The translations under genes were made by a program, and so were the position numbers. 64,000 nucleotides of DNA from the human T2T-CHM13v2.0 reference genome, Homo sapiens. Where the stretch lies: NCBI RefSeq assembly GCF_009914755.1, contig NC_060926.1. One strand, given 5' to 3'. Of the stretch, positions 32,301 to 54,105 are shown in pieces. The notes beneath the pieces were generated by a model, which made no database searches, was not told the DNA's origin, and worked only from the letters and a program-made list of their open reading frames with translations. Position 1 is the first letter of the stretch. Each line of letters opens with the position of its first letter.

Positions 32301-35300
32301 TTCTCAGCTTCAAACTCAGAAATCCTGTCACCCAAGTAGAATGTCAGTTGTCCCCTTGACCAGAAGGAGATTTCAGACAGCAGGAGCTACTCATCAAGGA
32401 ATTTGAAGACTCTGTAACCACCTGTTGCCAACTCCCACTCCACCCCCCTCCATCTCTAAGATAGAGAGGTTAGATTAGGCAAAATCTAATCCACATCATA
32501 CAACTCTGTATGATGCAATTAATCAGTGATTCTATGATCTCCCTATTAACAAATTTATGCAAATGGGATTCAAAGTAAAAGACTCACCAAAACAATCACA
32601 AATGTAGTTTATGAAAATAACATAGGACAAGTACTCTTATATGGAGTCTAGGTGCTTTTTAAAAACAAGTTCGTTAACAAATTTTCATTTTACATTTTCT
32701 CCAAACTGTTGTTCAAAGACTAAACTGTAAATGTAAATGTAAACATTTTACATTTTCTCCAAACTGTTGTTCAATATCGGCACCACCATTTTCTGGAAGT
32801 CAGGAAGGTGCTAGCCACTACTCATGATCTATATTCTTCTATAACTTTATGTAAATTTGGAGTTTACCCTGAATTTCCCTGCCATCTCATTCCCTGCTTT
32901 GGGCCTAGAAAATATAGGTTACCAAAAAGCCTATGGTCTATCCCTCATGACTGTCGGGAAGGCAATGTCAATATTTCCATTGCATATGCTACTCATATCC
33001 AATAGCATCTGTTTCACTTTGGATGCTAGGTTGTAGTTATGAAGACTTTAAAATAATAATAAAAGCCTTAACCTGTCCCAAGGGCTTACAGATGTAAGGG
33101 CATTTAGCTGAAAGGAGCACACAAGATATGGAACTTGAAAACCAGCTTATTTTGTTTCTCTCCTCGATGGTAAAATGACATGTCTCATTTGTGAAAATAT
33201 GTTTTTATCATCTGCCATGTTTTGTGTTCTGTTTAGTTGGTGCTTATACAGTCAGAATCATATTTTTTCCCTTATGGGGGAGAAAGGGTATAAAAACTGA
33301 AGTGATGAGTTTTAAATAAATAGTGGTTTGGGAATTTAAGCATGATGCTGGCCCACATTTACAAAAGTACATTGCCTGCATAAGTCAGTAAATGGGATGA
33401 ATATTTTTAAATGCATCATTAAAAGCCAATATGCAAATAATCTTAGCAATTATAATCGCATCTGTGCCTGGGCCAATGGAAGAAAATAGACACATTTCAC
33501 CTTATTAAGCATCAGCATAAAGAACTATCTTCACCAGCACCAATATAAAACACACACACAGAGGCATGTACAGACAGGTGAGTCAGTTGTATTCTTCATA
33601 TGGAGTCTTGCCTCTTCCCTTTTCATCAACAATTTCATTCCTTTGTTTGTGGCTTATTTTCAGGTGACCCAGAGAAGGGAGGATCTGCAAACTGCATGTT
33701 AAATCTCATTGTCCTAATGGATACATTGAAATAGACAGAGGAAATTAGTTGCAGAATTTGAACTAAAACCAGATTTTTTTAAAAGGCTAATGTAACTATG
33801 CTTAAATCTAGCCTTGCTTAAAATCTTTCAACGGTTCCTTGTTAATCTGATAAAATCCCAAATTCAAAGCCCACCCTTCCAGCCTCATTTTGTTCAGCAC
33901 TTCTCTGTCTTCTCTATTCCCTAGCCACACAGAATGTTTTCTGTGCTTCACATGTGCTCTTGCATTATCAACAACCTTTCACATGTTGTGTTCTTGGCCT
34001 AGAAAGCTGTCTTTTATTTTTGATTGGGTAATACTCATCTCATAAGTCTCTGTTTAAACATTATTTCCTAAATAATGTCTTTACTAACCCTGGAGTGAAT
34101 TACATTCCCTTGCAATATGCTCTTCTTCTTTGTTAAGACTCATCACATTTGTCATTAGTTATTATTTTTCCCATGTGCATCCTCTCTGCTGGACCATAAG
34201 CAACTGGAAAGCTGGAATGACGTCTGTAGTATTATAATTATATCTTCCACTTTATAGGCAGTGCCTCAGATCTATTATATATTAAATTAAAATTGAATAA
34301 TTGATGGTTAATTGCTTGGTCATGGTATCTTGCTTTCAATGATTTCTGTATTGTATCATACTTCCCCAATATAAAATACATTTTACAAATATATTGCTCT
34401 ATAAATGTTTACAGTTTGTTGTGACTAAAGATGATTTGAGATGGTCCTTTCAGTAATTAAAATTACTGCATCTTCCAAGTAATGCATGGTGGAGGAAGTT
34501 ACCGATTTGAAAGGGAAGCATTACTGCAGGGCCAAGCAGTTTTTTAAGAGTTCTTCCTTTACAGTCATCATTTTGTGGTAGGGATTAGGGCAAATACTGA
34601 TGATGTCATATTGTAGTATTGCTCCTACTCAGTTCCAAATTAAATCCTACACTTAAGAAAAATTTGTCTAGCAATATTTTAATATCACTATTTAGCAAAG
34701 CAATGTTGAGTCTCCTAAGTTCATCAGCTCTCAGTTAAAGCTAAATTTTCATTTGTTTCTCTTATTTTTATAGTCTTTTACTTCTCAGATTAGCTGCCTA
34801 CATTCTTCCTGATGATGAATCTACCTGCTTTTTACTTTAGTACCTAAGCTCAGAAGAAAGCAAATTCTAACCTGTTCTTCTTGTACAACCAACCCACCTC
34901 ATACTCTTTTTCCGACAACATTACCTATGACTGCTAAGTTATGGGCGTGTCTGGATATCTAATTGAAGTGCAAAAGGTGCCAGTGTCTAGAAAAAAATAG
35001 ATCATGTCTAATCTCATTAGCATTTTTCTGGCCTTTAAAAATTTAAGCCTCCTATTCAAATGATATGATGTTCTGACAAGTTCAAATTGTTTATCTCTTA
35101 CACCAGCTGGGGAAAAAATGAATTCTCAAGTACCTTATATTTTTAAAAAGCCTTAAATAGTTGACATCATCCAAAAAGTTTGGTTGATCTACTTACGGTC
35201 ATTGTACATACAAAATGGTCTGACTGAGGCACACAGGATGACTCCAGTATAAATAAAAGGTAATGAAGGGAGTGACTTGGGATGTGATGAGTGACTTGAA

Positions 35301-35906
35301 AATTTTAAATGTGAGACTTCATCATTGCTGTTATCATCATTACTGTTACCATCACTGTCATGACATTCAGGACGCAAAGCGGCTGCTGCCAGCCCCATGA
35401 TAGGGGGAATTGGAGAAGTGTCAGAGTGTTTTGTGTGATTTGGAAGAATTTCTTTTATAATGGAAAATGGTTTCCAACTTTTTTAGAATTCTATAAGCCT
35501 GGTAATAGTGCCTTTTTGATAGGTGTAAGGTCATGGAAATGATAGTCTAACACATTGGCTGATGGCTTTTCCACTTCTCTGGAAGATTTTGCTAGTAGAC
35601 TTAGAGCCAGGACCAGTGGAGCTGAATTTTTCCTGGTGACTTTTAGAGTAGAATCTGGAATAGAATAAATACATCTTAGTCTTGATTGTCAGTGTTGACA
35701 AGATATTCACTTAGAGATATATAAATTGAATTAAAGGAATCAAAAAAGGATCAGTGGTCATGACTAGAGATTAAGATTGGAAGCATCTGCATGTAGATAG
35801 TAACTAAGACCATTTAAATTTTTTGTTTGCATATCTGCAGTTAAGCAAATAAATGCTGTTCCTGTATTTTTGAATAAATAATTGCCTATAGGGGAAATAC
35901 CACTAA

Positions 35907-39210
<3,304 letters not shown>

Positions 39211-40518
39211 CCGGCCGGCTGGCGCAGTCCTGTGGGCGGCCTGGCACTTGCGAGCGCAGGAAGAGTCCTGGGGGGACCGCGGCGGGCGGGAGACCTTTGG
39301 CGCCGGCGCTTCCTCTTTCTCCCGGCTTGTTCCCGACGCTTGTTCCCGACGGTGCTCGCTCCTGGGCCCGTCCTGGCCCGGGCTTTCTGGCCCCGTAGTA
39401 CCCGCGCAGCCTGGTTCTCGGGGGCTTAGGCACCCGGGTGCTGTATCGGCGGGTTTCTTCCCATCTCCTGGACATTTACTTTATATGCTGCGGCGGAGGT
39501 CGTACCTCCTTGGCCTGGAGGAACCCAGTGGGGACTGACGCAGCTCCGGGTGAGCTTTGGCGGCTGCGTCGAGTGACAAGGTAGGCATCTCAGCGCGGAC
39601 ATTTGCAATGGCCGGACGGCGCAAATGACACGGAAAGTCCCCTTGTTTTGAGTATGAGGTGTTTGTCGCTGTCCCTTTGTAAGGGTCCAGCTCCACTCCA
39701 CTCCTCATACTCACCTCCCTCGCCCCCATCCCCGCCCAGAACACTTTGGTAGCTGCCTTTGCTTAAAAAAAAAAATTCTAAAGTTCTTACAAATCGTTAG
39801 TATGGCTTGCAATTTTTAACCTTTTCCACAGATGTTTTAAGGGTATTTTTCCTCTTTACATGTAAATAATGCTGAGATTACAGGTGTGAGCCACTCTGCT
39901 CAGCCTGATTTTTTTTTTTTAAACAAGCTTAAAAAAAAAAAAAAGCATGTTTAGAGCCTTTCTGAGATTCTTAGTGGGGACCTTGGCTTCCAAAAGATTA
40001 AAAACCACTGGTCTAGACAGAAGTTAGAATGTTCTTTCAACTGCATAACTTCTCCATTAAATAAAGTGGAGTGGTGGCAACATTTTGACGATTGGTTATT
40101 ATGACACCTCTCTTACACTTAGAGTCTTTTTTTTCCCCCAAATTGAAAGTCATTTACATTAGAACCTGGGGATTTCAGCGGAATATGGATTAACTAGTGA
40201 GTAACTGGAACATGTGGAGCTATTCTGTGAAGTTAGGTTTGAGTGAAATGACAAAACAGGGTGCTTTGGATAGAAGGTAAAGAATGGAGGGAGAAGAGGC
40301 AGTGGCTGTGAAGAATATGAAGAGGTTAGTATTCTCCCCCAGTTTGGCAGAGGCTGGCCATCTGTGAACTGCCCATGCTTTCTAGAATGTCGGAGTTTTG
40401 GAGTGTGATGATGCGTCTGTATATCATATCTTTCTAGTCTTCCATTGTGCTTTCATTTGTTAGTCTTCTCTTGTTTTGCCATTTTTCTACTCCCTCACAT
40501 GTGCTTTTGCCCTTCTTA

Positions 40519-40862
<344 letters not shown>

Positions 40863-41139
40863 TTATTCTGCAGCTGATTCCTACTTCTCAAAGTCTACTT
40901 GACAGCTCTTATTTTTATTTATATTTTTTTTAGAATAGGGTCTTGCTGTGTTGCTCATCAAATTTTTGGGCATAAATGATCCTCCTACCTCTGTTTCCTG
41001 AGTACTTAGGACTACAGGCAGGCACCTTTGACAGCTGTTAGTTGTTTTTTCTGCCCTTTACATCTATACTTCATACTTCTGAGTAACACACATATATACT
41101 TTTGTTATTTTTAATTCCCTTTCTCCCATTTTAGACATT

Positions 41140-41142
41140 TTC

Positions 41143-41179
<37 letters not shown>

Positions 41180-41459
41180 TTTGAGACGGAGTCTCGCTCT
41201 ATCGTCCAGGCTGGAGTGCAGTGGCGCGATCTCGGCTCACTGCAAACTCTGCCTCCCGGGTTCACACCATTCTCCTGCCCCAGCCTGTAGCTGGGACTAC
41301 AGGCACCCGCCACAACACCCGGCTAATTTTTTAGTGTTTTTAGTAGAGACGGGGTTTCACCGTGTTAGCCAGGATAGTCTCGATCTCCTGACCTCATGAT
41401 CCGCCCGCCTCAGCCTCCCAAAGTGCCGGGATTACAGGCGTGAGCCACCGCGCCGGGCC
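41140..41459 (-). mobile_element. AluY
   Basis: TSD CCCATTTTAGACATT. Confidence 0.9.
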
Positions 41460-42008
41460 CCATTTTAGACATTCTGTACTGGCTATTATGCTCCTCCAAA
41501 ACTGTCCTCAGACACTTTGGTTTGCCCCTCATTCTTTCAGTACTGTTATTGCAGTTTTTGTTTAAATGAATATTTAACATTTATATAAATATAAGGTAAA
41601 TATTTTGCATTTGAATTGCCCTTGTTGTGCAGTTTTGTTTTTCCTGGACTGAATAATTGCTTTATTTTTTGGTTTGCTTGTATGTTGTGTTACTACTTGC
41701 TTACTTAAACTCAGCAACTTAAACCCTCAAATGTGGTCAAACTGATCACATAATCCGTTCAATTTCAGCTTAAAACATTGATTGATTGATTGATTGTCTA
41801 CCTGGAATACCCTTACTAACCGACTTCTCCAACCTGGATTGGGTTTTCTTCCTCTTTGCTACACAGCTGTGCTCTTGGGACTTCCCTTTATCACCAGTTT
41901 GAGAATTCCCTTCATCTTTTTTCTGAGTTAGACCCTTTGTTTCTTGTATCTCATGTCGTCTTCATTTACTTTCTTTGTTTTGGTGTAGCATAGTCTCACT
42001 TGCTTTGA

Positions 42009-42250
<242 letters not shown>

Positions 42251-43345
42251 GAAACTAATGGTATGTCTTTAAAACGTCTTTACTTAATTTAGTTGATCAT
42301 TTGGTTATCGAATTCTGAGTTTGAAATAATTTTTTTCGCAATTTTGAAAGCATTGCTCCATTTTCTAGAAGTTCTGTTGTTAGGAGTCTGATGAGATTCT
42401 TGTTCTTGGTAACAAAGGTTTTCTGGAAGTGTCCTTTCAATTGGGAAACTCATTTCTTTCAGTTCTGTAGCATTTCTTGTATTATTTCTTTGACCATTTC
42501 TTACCCTTTTTTTTAATGATGTTTACCTGAAAGCTGGAGTTTCTCTAATTTTTCTCTTATTCTCCTCTTTTGTTTGTTCTGCCTCTTGAGAGATTTCCTT
42601 ACCCTTATGTTCCAGGGGAAGAAGATTGGGGAACTCATGGTTCAGTATCTAGACTTTTCCTCATTGTCCTGTATAATCGCGGCCTTCACCCTTGTTGGGA
42701 CTCCACAGATTTGGAGCTGATCAGATGGGTTTGTTGAGAACAGCAGCTTTTTTGGAGGATTGTAGGGGGAGGGAGATTCATTTGACTGTGCAAGATGGGT
42801 GACAGAGCGAGACTCCGTTTGAATTAAAAAAAAAAAGAGAGAAATTTAGAACTGCATAATGAAAAAGTAGGCCACAAATGTTAAGTTTTGGACAATTACA
42901 ATTACATCTCTATCTTACTGTGCAAGATAGTGATGATGTGGCATCTCTTGGGGTCTTACTGTTCCTGTTTTCAGCCCTGCATCAGTTCTTGATATTTGGC
43001 AGCTTAAGTGAATTCAGGTATTTGCTTATAGTGACATCTGCTGTCATGCAAAGAAGTACTGCTTGAATCAGATATTGTCCTGTTTACATAACATGGGCTG
43101 TGCTCCTTCCTAGCTATATATCTTTAAACAAGGCATTTGCCTGCTTGAGCTTCAGTTCCCTTGTAAAGTGAGCAGGTTAGAGGCAAAAGATCATACAGAA
43201 GAATAATTTGTAAAGTTGTTTAATTATCTTAAGATTGTCTACTTTAATAACATAGTTGGAAGCAAAGAAGGTAATGGAATTATCTTTCTATTATGTTTTG
43301 GCATTGTACCTTGAATCTATTTCTTCATTTTGAAAAGGGGGAACT

Positions 43346-43786
<441 letters not shown>

Positions 43787-43890
43787 TCACCTCCTTGTTT
43801 ACATTTATTCCCAGGCATTTTTTTCATTTAGATGCGATTGTAAATGGAATTGCTTTCTTAATTTCCTTTTCTGATTGTTCGTTGCTGGTA

Positions 43891-44615
43891 CAGTAGTCCC
43901 TTCTTATCCACAGTATTGCCTTACGTGGTTTTACTTACCTGCGTCACCCGTGGTCCAAAAATATTGAATGGAAGATTATATAAATAAACATTTCATGAGT
44001 TTTAAATTGCAAACAGTTCTGAATAACATGATAAAAATCTCACAGCCTCCTGCTCCGTCCTACCCAGGACACGAATCATCCCTTTGTCCAACATATTCAT
44101 GCTGTATGTGCTCCCCACCCGCTAGTTACATACTAGCCACCTCAGTTATCAGATCAGTTGTTGGAGTATTGCAGTGCTTGTGTTCAAGTAACCCTTATTT
44201 TATTTAAAATGGCACCAAAGAGCAAGAGTAGCGATGCTGGCAGTTCACATATGCCAGAGAGAAGCCATATAGTGCTTCCTTTAAGTGAAGAGGTGAGTTT
44301 TTGACTTAGGAAAGAAAAAAGATCATATACTGGGGTTGCTAAGATCTATGGTAAGAACAAATCTTTTGTCCATGAAATTGTGAAGAAAGAAAAAGAAATT
44401 TGTGCTAGTTTTGTTGTGACACCCCAAACTGCAAAAGTTACAGCCACAGTGTGTGATAAGTGCTTAGTTGAGATGGACAAGACATTAAATTTGTGGGTGG
44501 AGGACACAAACAGGAAACATGTTTCGATTGATGGCAACCTGGTTTGGTACTATTCATCGTTTTGGACATTCACTGGGGTCTTGGAATTTCAAAAATAAGA
44601 TGTTTGAGTAGCTGT
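43891..44615 (+). mobile_element. Tigger-family DNA transposon derivative (MER44/Tigger7-like) with transposase remnant
   Basis: TA|CAGTAGTCCCTTCTTATCC terminal repeat; ORF 44380..44598 (KEKEICASF...MDKTLNLWVED) resembles a CENP-B-type HTH transposase segment. Confidence 0.75.
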
Positions 44616-44656
44616 ATACTCTGTATCACATGGATGGAACATACTCTGGTTGTATC

Positions 44657-47082
<2,426 letters not shown>

Positions 47083-47843
47083 GGGAGGCAGGCTTTTAAA
47101 GGCATCCAAAGGAAGATGGAAATGCTGGTAAGAAAGGAAAATGGTGGTACATAAATTATGTAACTAGCAGCACTGTGACTGTTAACTCTTGTACCTTTTT
47201 ACTGTGAGACTTTAATCCCTTAGTTTAGGTCTGGCCTCATTTCTCTGATGGTAATACTGTCAAGGAACCTAGAGGATATTTACTTATTTTAGTTGTTACT
47301 TGATTTGAGAAATGGAAATTTCCTGTATTTGGTACTGTAATTAGTAATTTTTCTTCTGTTCGATTTTAGCTGGATATATAGTACTGTTAGAAATTACTTT
47401 CTTGCTTAAAGGGTAAGTGTATTTCCCTTTGTTGTTTGGGAAATTGTTGCTGTTTAGTATTTTGCATTATGATAACTTTAAAAATGTTTACTATAATCAC
47501 TTCTAATTTATTTGCAAAACTGTTAGTGCTTTATTAAAATGTGATCAGGAAGAAAAAGCAATTTATATGTTCATTTCTTATGTGTGGATAACACTGGAGA
47601 AAAATTTGGTAAATGTGACATTTAATGGTAAAATGAGTATGTGGTCAACTCTATGTATGTGTTTTTAAGTATTACCCATTTCTTTCTATGAATACTTTTG
47701 AGTTATCTGTATGAATAGTGGTAGTTTTGAGTAACAATATAAACAAGTTTAGTGGTTGCTTTGGTTTAAGATGTATTCTTCGGTTAGCATTTAAAAGTAC
47801 AGTTCCAAGTTTAATTTACTTTTGTATTACTTTTAAAAAACAG

Positions 47844-47955
47844 ATACATATGTACTTACATTAATGTGCGAGAGATGGATCCCAGAGCTCACAGATTTCT
47901 GGGTCTTCTTTATGAATTGGAAGAAAACACAGAGAAAGCCGTTGAATGTTACAGG
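47844..47955 (+). CDS. RGPD4: RGPD coding exon 3 (YICTYINVREMDPRAHRFLGLLYELEENTEKAVECYR), TPR
   Basis: Acceptor CAG at 47843; donor AGG|GTAAGT at 47956; 112 nt; frame continues from exon 2. Confidence 0.92.
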
Positions 47956-48398
47956 GTAAGTTATAGGATTCAAATATAGCCTTTGCATAGCCAAACACAT
48001 GATGCCCAGAGAAATTTATATAAGTAAGTCAAATATATTTTATGAATATCATAAAACAGGCATTGGTATCATAGTACAGTTATGTGACACAGCTTGGAAC
48101 AGATTTAGAATTGTTTAACACCTATAAATTGTAAGTCTAACACGGTCAGAAATGGTGTTCTTTTGTGTTTTTTACATTCAAATGACACAAATATAATCTT
48201 TATTTGGTTCATTTCCAGAAAATTCCAAGACACTTTTATTTTAACACCTTTGAAGTAATATGTTTTCTCCAGAAGTAGAATTTTTTAAGGGTTGGAGTGA
48301 TAATTTTTAACCTTTATATATAAGTATATAAGTATATATACTCCTACATACATACATACAATTTATTTACTAATCTTTAATTTCTTTTCTGATATTAG

Positions 48399-48551
48399 CG
48401 TTCAGTGGAATTAAACCCAACACAAAAAGATCTTGTGTTGAAGATTGCAGAATTGCTTTGTAAAAATGATGTTACTGATGGAAGAGCAAAATACTGGGTG
48501 GAAAGAGCAGCAAAACTTTTCCCAGGAAGTCCTGCAATTTATAAACTAAAG
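48399..48551 (+). CDS. RGPD4: RGPD coding exon 4 (RSVELNPTQKDLVLKIAELLCKNDVTDGRAKYWVERAAKLFPGSPAIYKLK)
   Basis: Acceptor TAG at 48398; donor AAG|GTAAAC at 48552; 153 nt; overlaps ORF 48405..48602. Confidence 0.93.
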
Positions 48552-49378
48552 GTAAACAAACAAAACATAAAGGGAGAAAACTTAAGACATAACCATTTCT
48601 AATATTTGGAGTTTAAATTACTTTTCAATAGCAAACCTTAAGCCCAGGTGTTTGTGTTTCCTTTAACATTTTTCTTTTAAAAAGTGTATTAAAACCTTTC
48701 TCAGCATCTACTGTCTTATTAGGCATTGTTATACTTTATAAGTGACATCTCATTTACCCTTCTGGAATAATTAATATTTTAGGGATTTTACAGTTTAGTA
48801 GCTGTAAACTAAGTAGAGCTAAGATTTACATTAAGTTCTGTCTAGTATACAATTTTTGCTTCATTAAGTGAAAATTACCTACAGGATGACAATTTAGGGA
48901 TATTTTAAAGGAGTGTTTTCTAATAACTATTGTCTGAAAGTGGAAGGGATTGTATTTTGAGATAGTAAGGTTTTCAAGCAAAAGATAAAAGGTGGTTTCT
49001 CTAGTATATAAGACGTAATTACTAAAAATGGTAGGAAGTTCTTGCTAGTGTGTTGACTGGTCCTGATATTCTTTATAGAGTAAAATATAGTTTACTAAGT
49101 AACTGTTCTGGAGAAAATCTACACAAATATGTTTGGCAAACATTTAAAATGTATATTGTAATGTTTTATCTATTAATGTATACTTTATTGTGTATGTACA
49201 ATATAAAATTATAAATGTATATTTGCCTTTAGCCTCCTCCTACCCCCAATATATATGTTTCCGATAGAAATTTAAAAAATTTTAATTTTGAAATAATTAT
49301 AGATTTCTTTGCACAGGAAGTTGCAAAGATTGCACAGAAAGATCCTATATGCTACTTCATTTTCCCCCAATGCTTATA

Positions 49379-49606
49379 CAGGTTGAGCATTTAAAATCCG
49401 AAATCCTAAACGCTCCAAAATCTGAAATTTTTTGAGCACTGACATGATGCTCAAAGAAATGCTCATTGGAAAATTTTGGATTTCAGATTTTCAGATTTGG
49501 GATGCTCTGCCTGCTAAGTATCCTGCAGATATTCCAAAGTCTGAAAAAATTCAAAATCTGAAATACTTCTGGTCTCAAGCATTTTGGATAAGGGATACTC
49601 AACCTG
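49379..49606. mobile_element. Tigger4a/MER46-like MITE inside an antisense old L1 fragment
   Basis: Terminal inverted repeats CAGGTTGAG...CTCAACCTG, preceded by TA. Confidence 0.8.
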
Positions 49607-49807
49607 TTTAACCCGCCCAAAGCACAATATCAAAATCAGGAATTTTGACATTGGTACAATGTGTATGTATAGTTTTCTTTCATTTTATCACGTGTAGATT
49701 CATACCACCACTGCCGTCAAGATACAGAACTACTCTGTTACCACAGAGATCTTCCTCATGCTGCCCCTTTTGTAGTCCTGCTATTTACTTCTCTTCACTA
49801 TGCCTGA

Positions 49808-50503
<696 letters not shown>

Positions 50504-52596
50504 TTAACCATTCACTTTTGAGGGGCATTTTGGTTATTTCTAGGTTTTGGCTATTGTTCAACTGCTATGAACAATCATGTCCAGATTTTTGAAGCTGAAA
50601 AAGCATTGAAGATGCTTCCAAAGATAAATATTACTGATAAGTTTTTCTCCCCAGTAATAAGCAGCTGGATTTTAAATATTAGTCTAAAACATGAGGTCTA
50701 ATTGTGCAGATTTCTTTACTCTCTTAGGTGTTATGCCTCAAACATAACTCCCATATTGGGCGTGGCAATCCAGTTAATCTGGTGTCAGTAGTGTTAAAGA
50801 ACATATGTAATGGTAGGAGATTCTTTTCTTGCAGTGTAACAAGTTAGATACTTTGAAGCATTCTTTAAAGATTTTCTTTAATAACTTGAAGGCACTGTTA
50901 CACCTTTCCTGTATCAGATTTTTTTTTTTTGGAATTGAAATCCATGAGATTTATAACTGTCATGCAAAGTAATTCCATTTCTCCTAAAATTTAAGGCTTG
51001 CTAAGGTAAACAGTTTCTGACATTTGTTTAATGAATGAGAGTATTACTGTTGAGAAGGCTTTTTCTCTCAAGTATGAGATAGAACTTTTTAAAAGCACTC
51101 ATAGTGGTTTTTAAAAAAATGTTTAACATAGAGTCAAAGACTAGGGCTTTTGCAATAGGGAGAGGCCAGGGTTTCATCCATCTCATCCAGAAGAGGAGAA
51201 ATTGATAAAGGAGAGAGGGGAATGAAATACAGAGTACTAATGGGCGGCTTGGTCTTGAGAGTTGGGGAAAGACGAGTTTAAGTAGGTAAGGTAAAATGGA
51301 ATTTATATGTGATAGCATCAGGTTTCTCAGTGAAGGATGAATCTAGGTTATAAGTTGAAAGTGAGGGTCAAAGGAAGGTATGGGGAAGTTGAGGAAATAG
51401 GAGGAGGTGTGAAGTGTCAGGGAGTGGAGAAAGTGAGTCTGTTAGTACTAAAATGGTATTTTGTTTTAGGCAGCACCAGTTTGATGGTTGAGATAATGCA
51501 AATGAAATCAGTTAGCTTGGGGTTATGATTTCCCAAATCTAAGCACACAGAAACCAGTTGGGAGGGTTCTGAGGAAAAGAGGGAATTAGTTGAAGGGATC
51601 TGTAAGCAAACAGTAATTATGGATATAAGGGATTATAGCATTTTTTGCCTGACAGAAGAAAGTGTGTGTATTTATATGTGTTTACAGGTGTTTAAAACTT
51701 GATGATGTTATTGTCTTGAAGGGAGCTTGTCATGTGGTATTTCTGAAAGTAAGGGTATGTAGGCCCTCAGTGAGGTGGAAGAATAAGAAGGATGGTATGG
51801 TGGTTTCGGTGGTATGACCAAAATGCAGATTTTGAAGACCTGTGTCAGTGGCAAGTGGATGGTTGAGGTTGGAGTGGAGGATAACATCACTGGAGATGAG
51901 GTGATTAAGGAACTGAGTAGTCAGCCTGGGCAACACGGCAAGACCCCATCTCTACAGAACGTTAAAAAAAAATTAGCCGGGCATGGTGGTGCATGCCTAT
52001 GGTCCTAGCTTCTTGAGAGGCTGATGGAAGAGCATCGCAAATGAGAAGTGAGTGGCCACAAACCCTACTTCCTCTCCTTGTATGTAAGTTCAGAGAGAAA
52101 AAGCCATCATGGTAGTGGGGGTTATCCTGAGATGATACTGTCTTCATTTAAGGTCAGGAGGTGATGACAGTGCTTTGAGATGATGATGAAGGTAACAGAA
52201 CAGTGGGAGGAGAGGGGATGCGGGATTGAGTCAGATTTAAGGAGATACAGAGCAGTTTGAGCATAAGGACCTTGTTGCTGAGGATTGACTGGGGAGGTCT
52301 AGGCTTCTGATGGTGACTCAGATGGACAGGGATGTGTGGCAATAGTCCTGGTAGTCTCTGAAGAGAGTATGAGCTACCGCAGTAATCACAGATGCTTTTC
52401 TTCACATACAGTTCTTGAGGCTTAGTTTCTGGGTTGTAAGCAACTCTCAGAAGGGACGAATAAGGTATATAGGATGGTGTTTTTGGTGGCATCATCATAA
52501 AACTAGACATAGTGGAATGGTGCTTTTTGGGAGCATGACTTGTTTAAAATTGCACAAGTGTTACTCTAATAATTTTTCTTTTTCCCCTCTAAATAG

Positions 52597-52827
52597 GAAC
52601 AGCTTCTAGATTGTGAAGGTGAAGATGGATGGAATAAACTTTTTGACTTGATTCAGTCAGAACTTTATGTAAGACCTGATGACGTCCATGTGAACATCCG
52701 GCTAGTGGAATTGTATCGCTCAACTAAAAGATTGAAGGATGCTGTGGCCCGCTGCCATGAGGCAGAGAGGAACATAGCTTTGCGTTCAAGTTTAGAGTGG
52801 AATTCGTGTGTTGTACAGACCCTTAAG
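52597..52827 (+). CDS. RGPD4: RGPD coding exon 5 (EQLLDCEGEDGWNKLFDLIQSELYVRPDD...VVQTLK)
   Basis: Polypyrimidine tract and TAG at 52596; donor AAG|GTAGAT at 52828; 231 nt; overlaps ORF 52648..52893. Confidence 0.93.
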
Positions 52828-53172
52828 GTAGATAAAAGCTATTGGGTCTTTACATTTCTATGTAGGCAATTAGCATACCTCTTTTTGTACTAAAGCAGCA
52901 GTGCCCCGCAGGACTTAAATTTCTTTTATTTAGGTAGAACAGTTATAAAACGAAATTTTTACCAGGATCAGTTGAATTTATAATGGGAAAATTGGGGAGA
53001 TAACTATGATAAATGTATATATTTTTGGTGTTTTCATTTATAAGGTTGATGTAAAAATCAATGTAGTTTCACAAACGTGGTTGGAGTGAGAAAAGGAATT
53101 TGTAGGCATAAAATGGTTAATTTCTTAACACTTGATTAAGTTTTGTAACTTACTATTCATTCCACAAAATAG

Positions 53173-53318
53173 GAATATCTGGAGTCTTTACAGTGTTTGG
53201 AGTCTGATAAAAGTGACTGGCGAGCAACCAATACAGACTTACTGCTGGCCTATGCTAATCTTATGCTTCTTACGCTTTCCACTAGAGATGTGCAGGAAAG
53301 TAGAGAATTACTGGAAAG
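53173..53318 (+). CDS. RGPD4: RGPD coding exon 6 (EYLESLQCLESDKSDWRATNTDLLLAYANLMLLTLSTRDVQESRELLE)
   Basis: Acceptor TAG at 53172; donor AG|GTGCGT at 53319; 146 nt; translated by hand and open. Confidence 0.92.
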
Positions 53319-53892
53319 GTGCGTTGACTTTGAGGAGAATGCTTTAGTATAAATTGTAGTTTTTCTTTTTGCAGTAAGTTCATTGCTCTAAATTTCTTTA
53401 CTGAATCATTATTTCTATAATGTACCTAGGAGTTATAGTTAATACAGTGAACCACTAGGAGGCAATCTTATTTTTCTTCTTTTACGGGGAAGTTCTAATT
53501 GGTTTTATATGACTTTCCTTTTTAGAGAACTCTTATAGTTCAAGCTTGATTAAAATTAGCCTTATGGTTAAATACTCAGTTTTGTCATAGTCAAGCTTAA
53601 AATGAATGTTCTAACTGCTATTTCATATTTTATTTTTTTATAATAGTATAATCTTGAGTGAAAATTAAGGTTCATCTGTCATCAGATGGCTAGGTTCACA
53701 TGTACTAGTATAAGCACTTAGCATCACTGGTGTTTCAGAAAATACTGTTTTAGCTAAGAAACAAAATAACTCAACTATGTGATTTACCTTTTTTCCTAAA
53801 TTTTGATTTTGAAAACCAGTGTCTCCATTTTGAAAATAAATTCCATTGAACAAAAACATCACTTGGATTTGTATAAAGATGTTAGTTTAGAG

Positions 53893-54105
53893 CAGGGGTT
53901 GTTGATTAGAACTTGTGGGCCAAATATGGCCCCTGCCTAATTTTGTTAATATTTATTGGAATGCAGCATGCCTCTGTTTATGTATTGTCTGTGGCTGCTT
54001 ACATACTACAAGATTGGAGTTGAGTGGTTGCAGCAGAGATTGTATGCCTGTAAAGCCAGATTAGTAATCTCCTCCTTTTTGTAGAAAAAGTTTACTGATT
54101 GCTAG
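53893..54105 (+). mobile_element. MER58A-like hAT MITE
   Basis: CAGGGG..GTGGGCCAAAT..TTTATTGGAA..GTATTGTCTGTGGCTGCTT..GAAAAAGTTT. Confidence 0.7.

Noticed and set aside
44380-44598. Transposase-like ORF as a domesticated gene
   Set aside because: Short, interrupted remnant inside a non-autonomous Tigger derivative.
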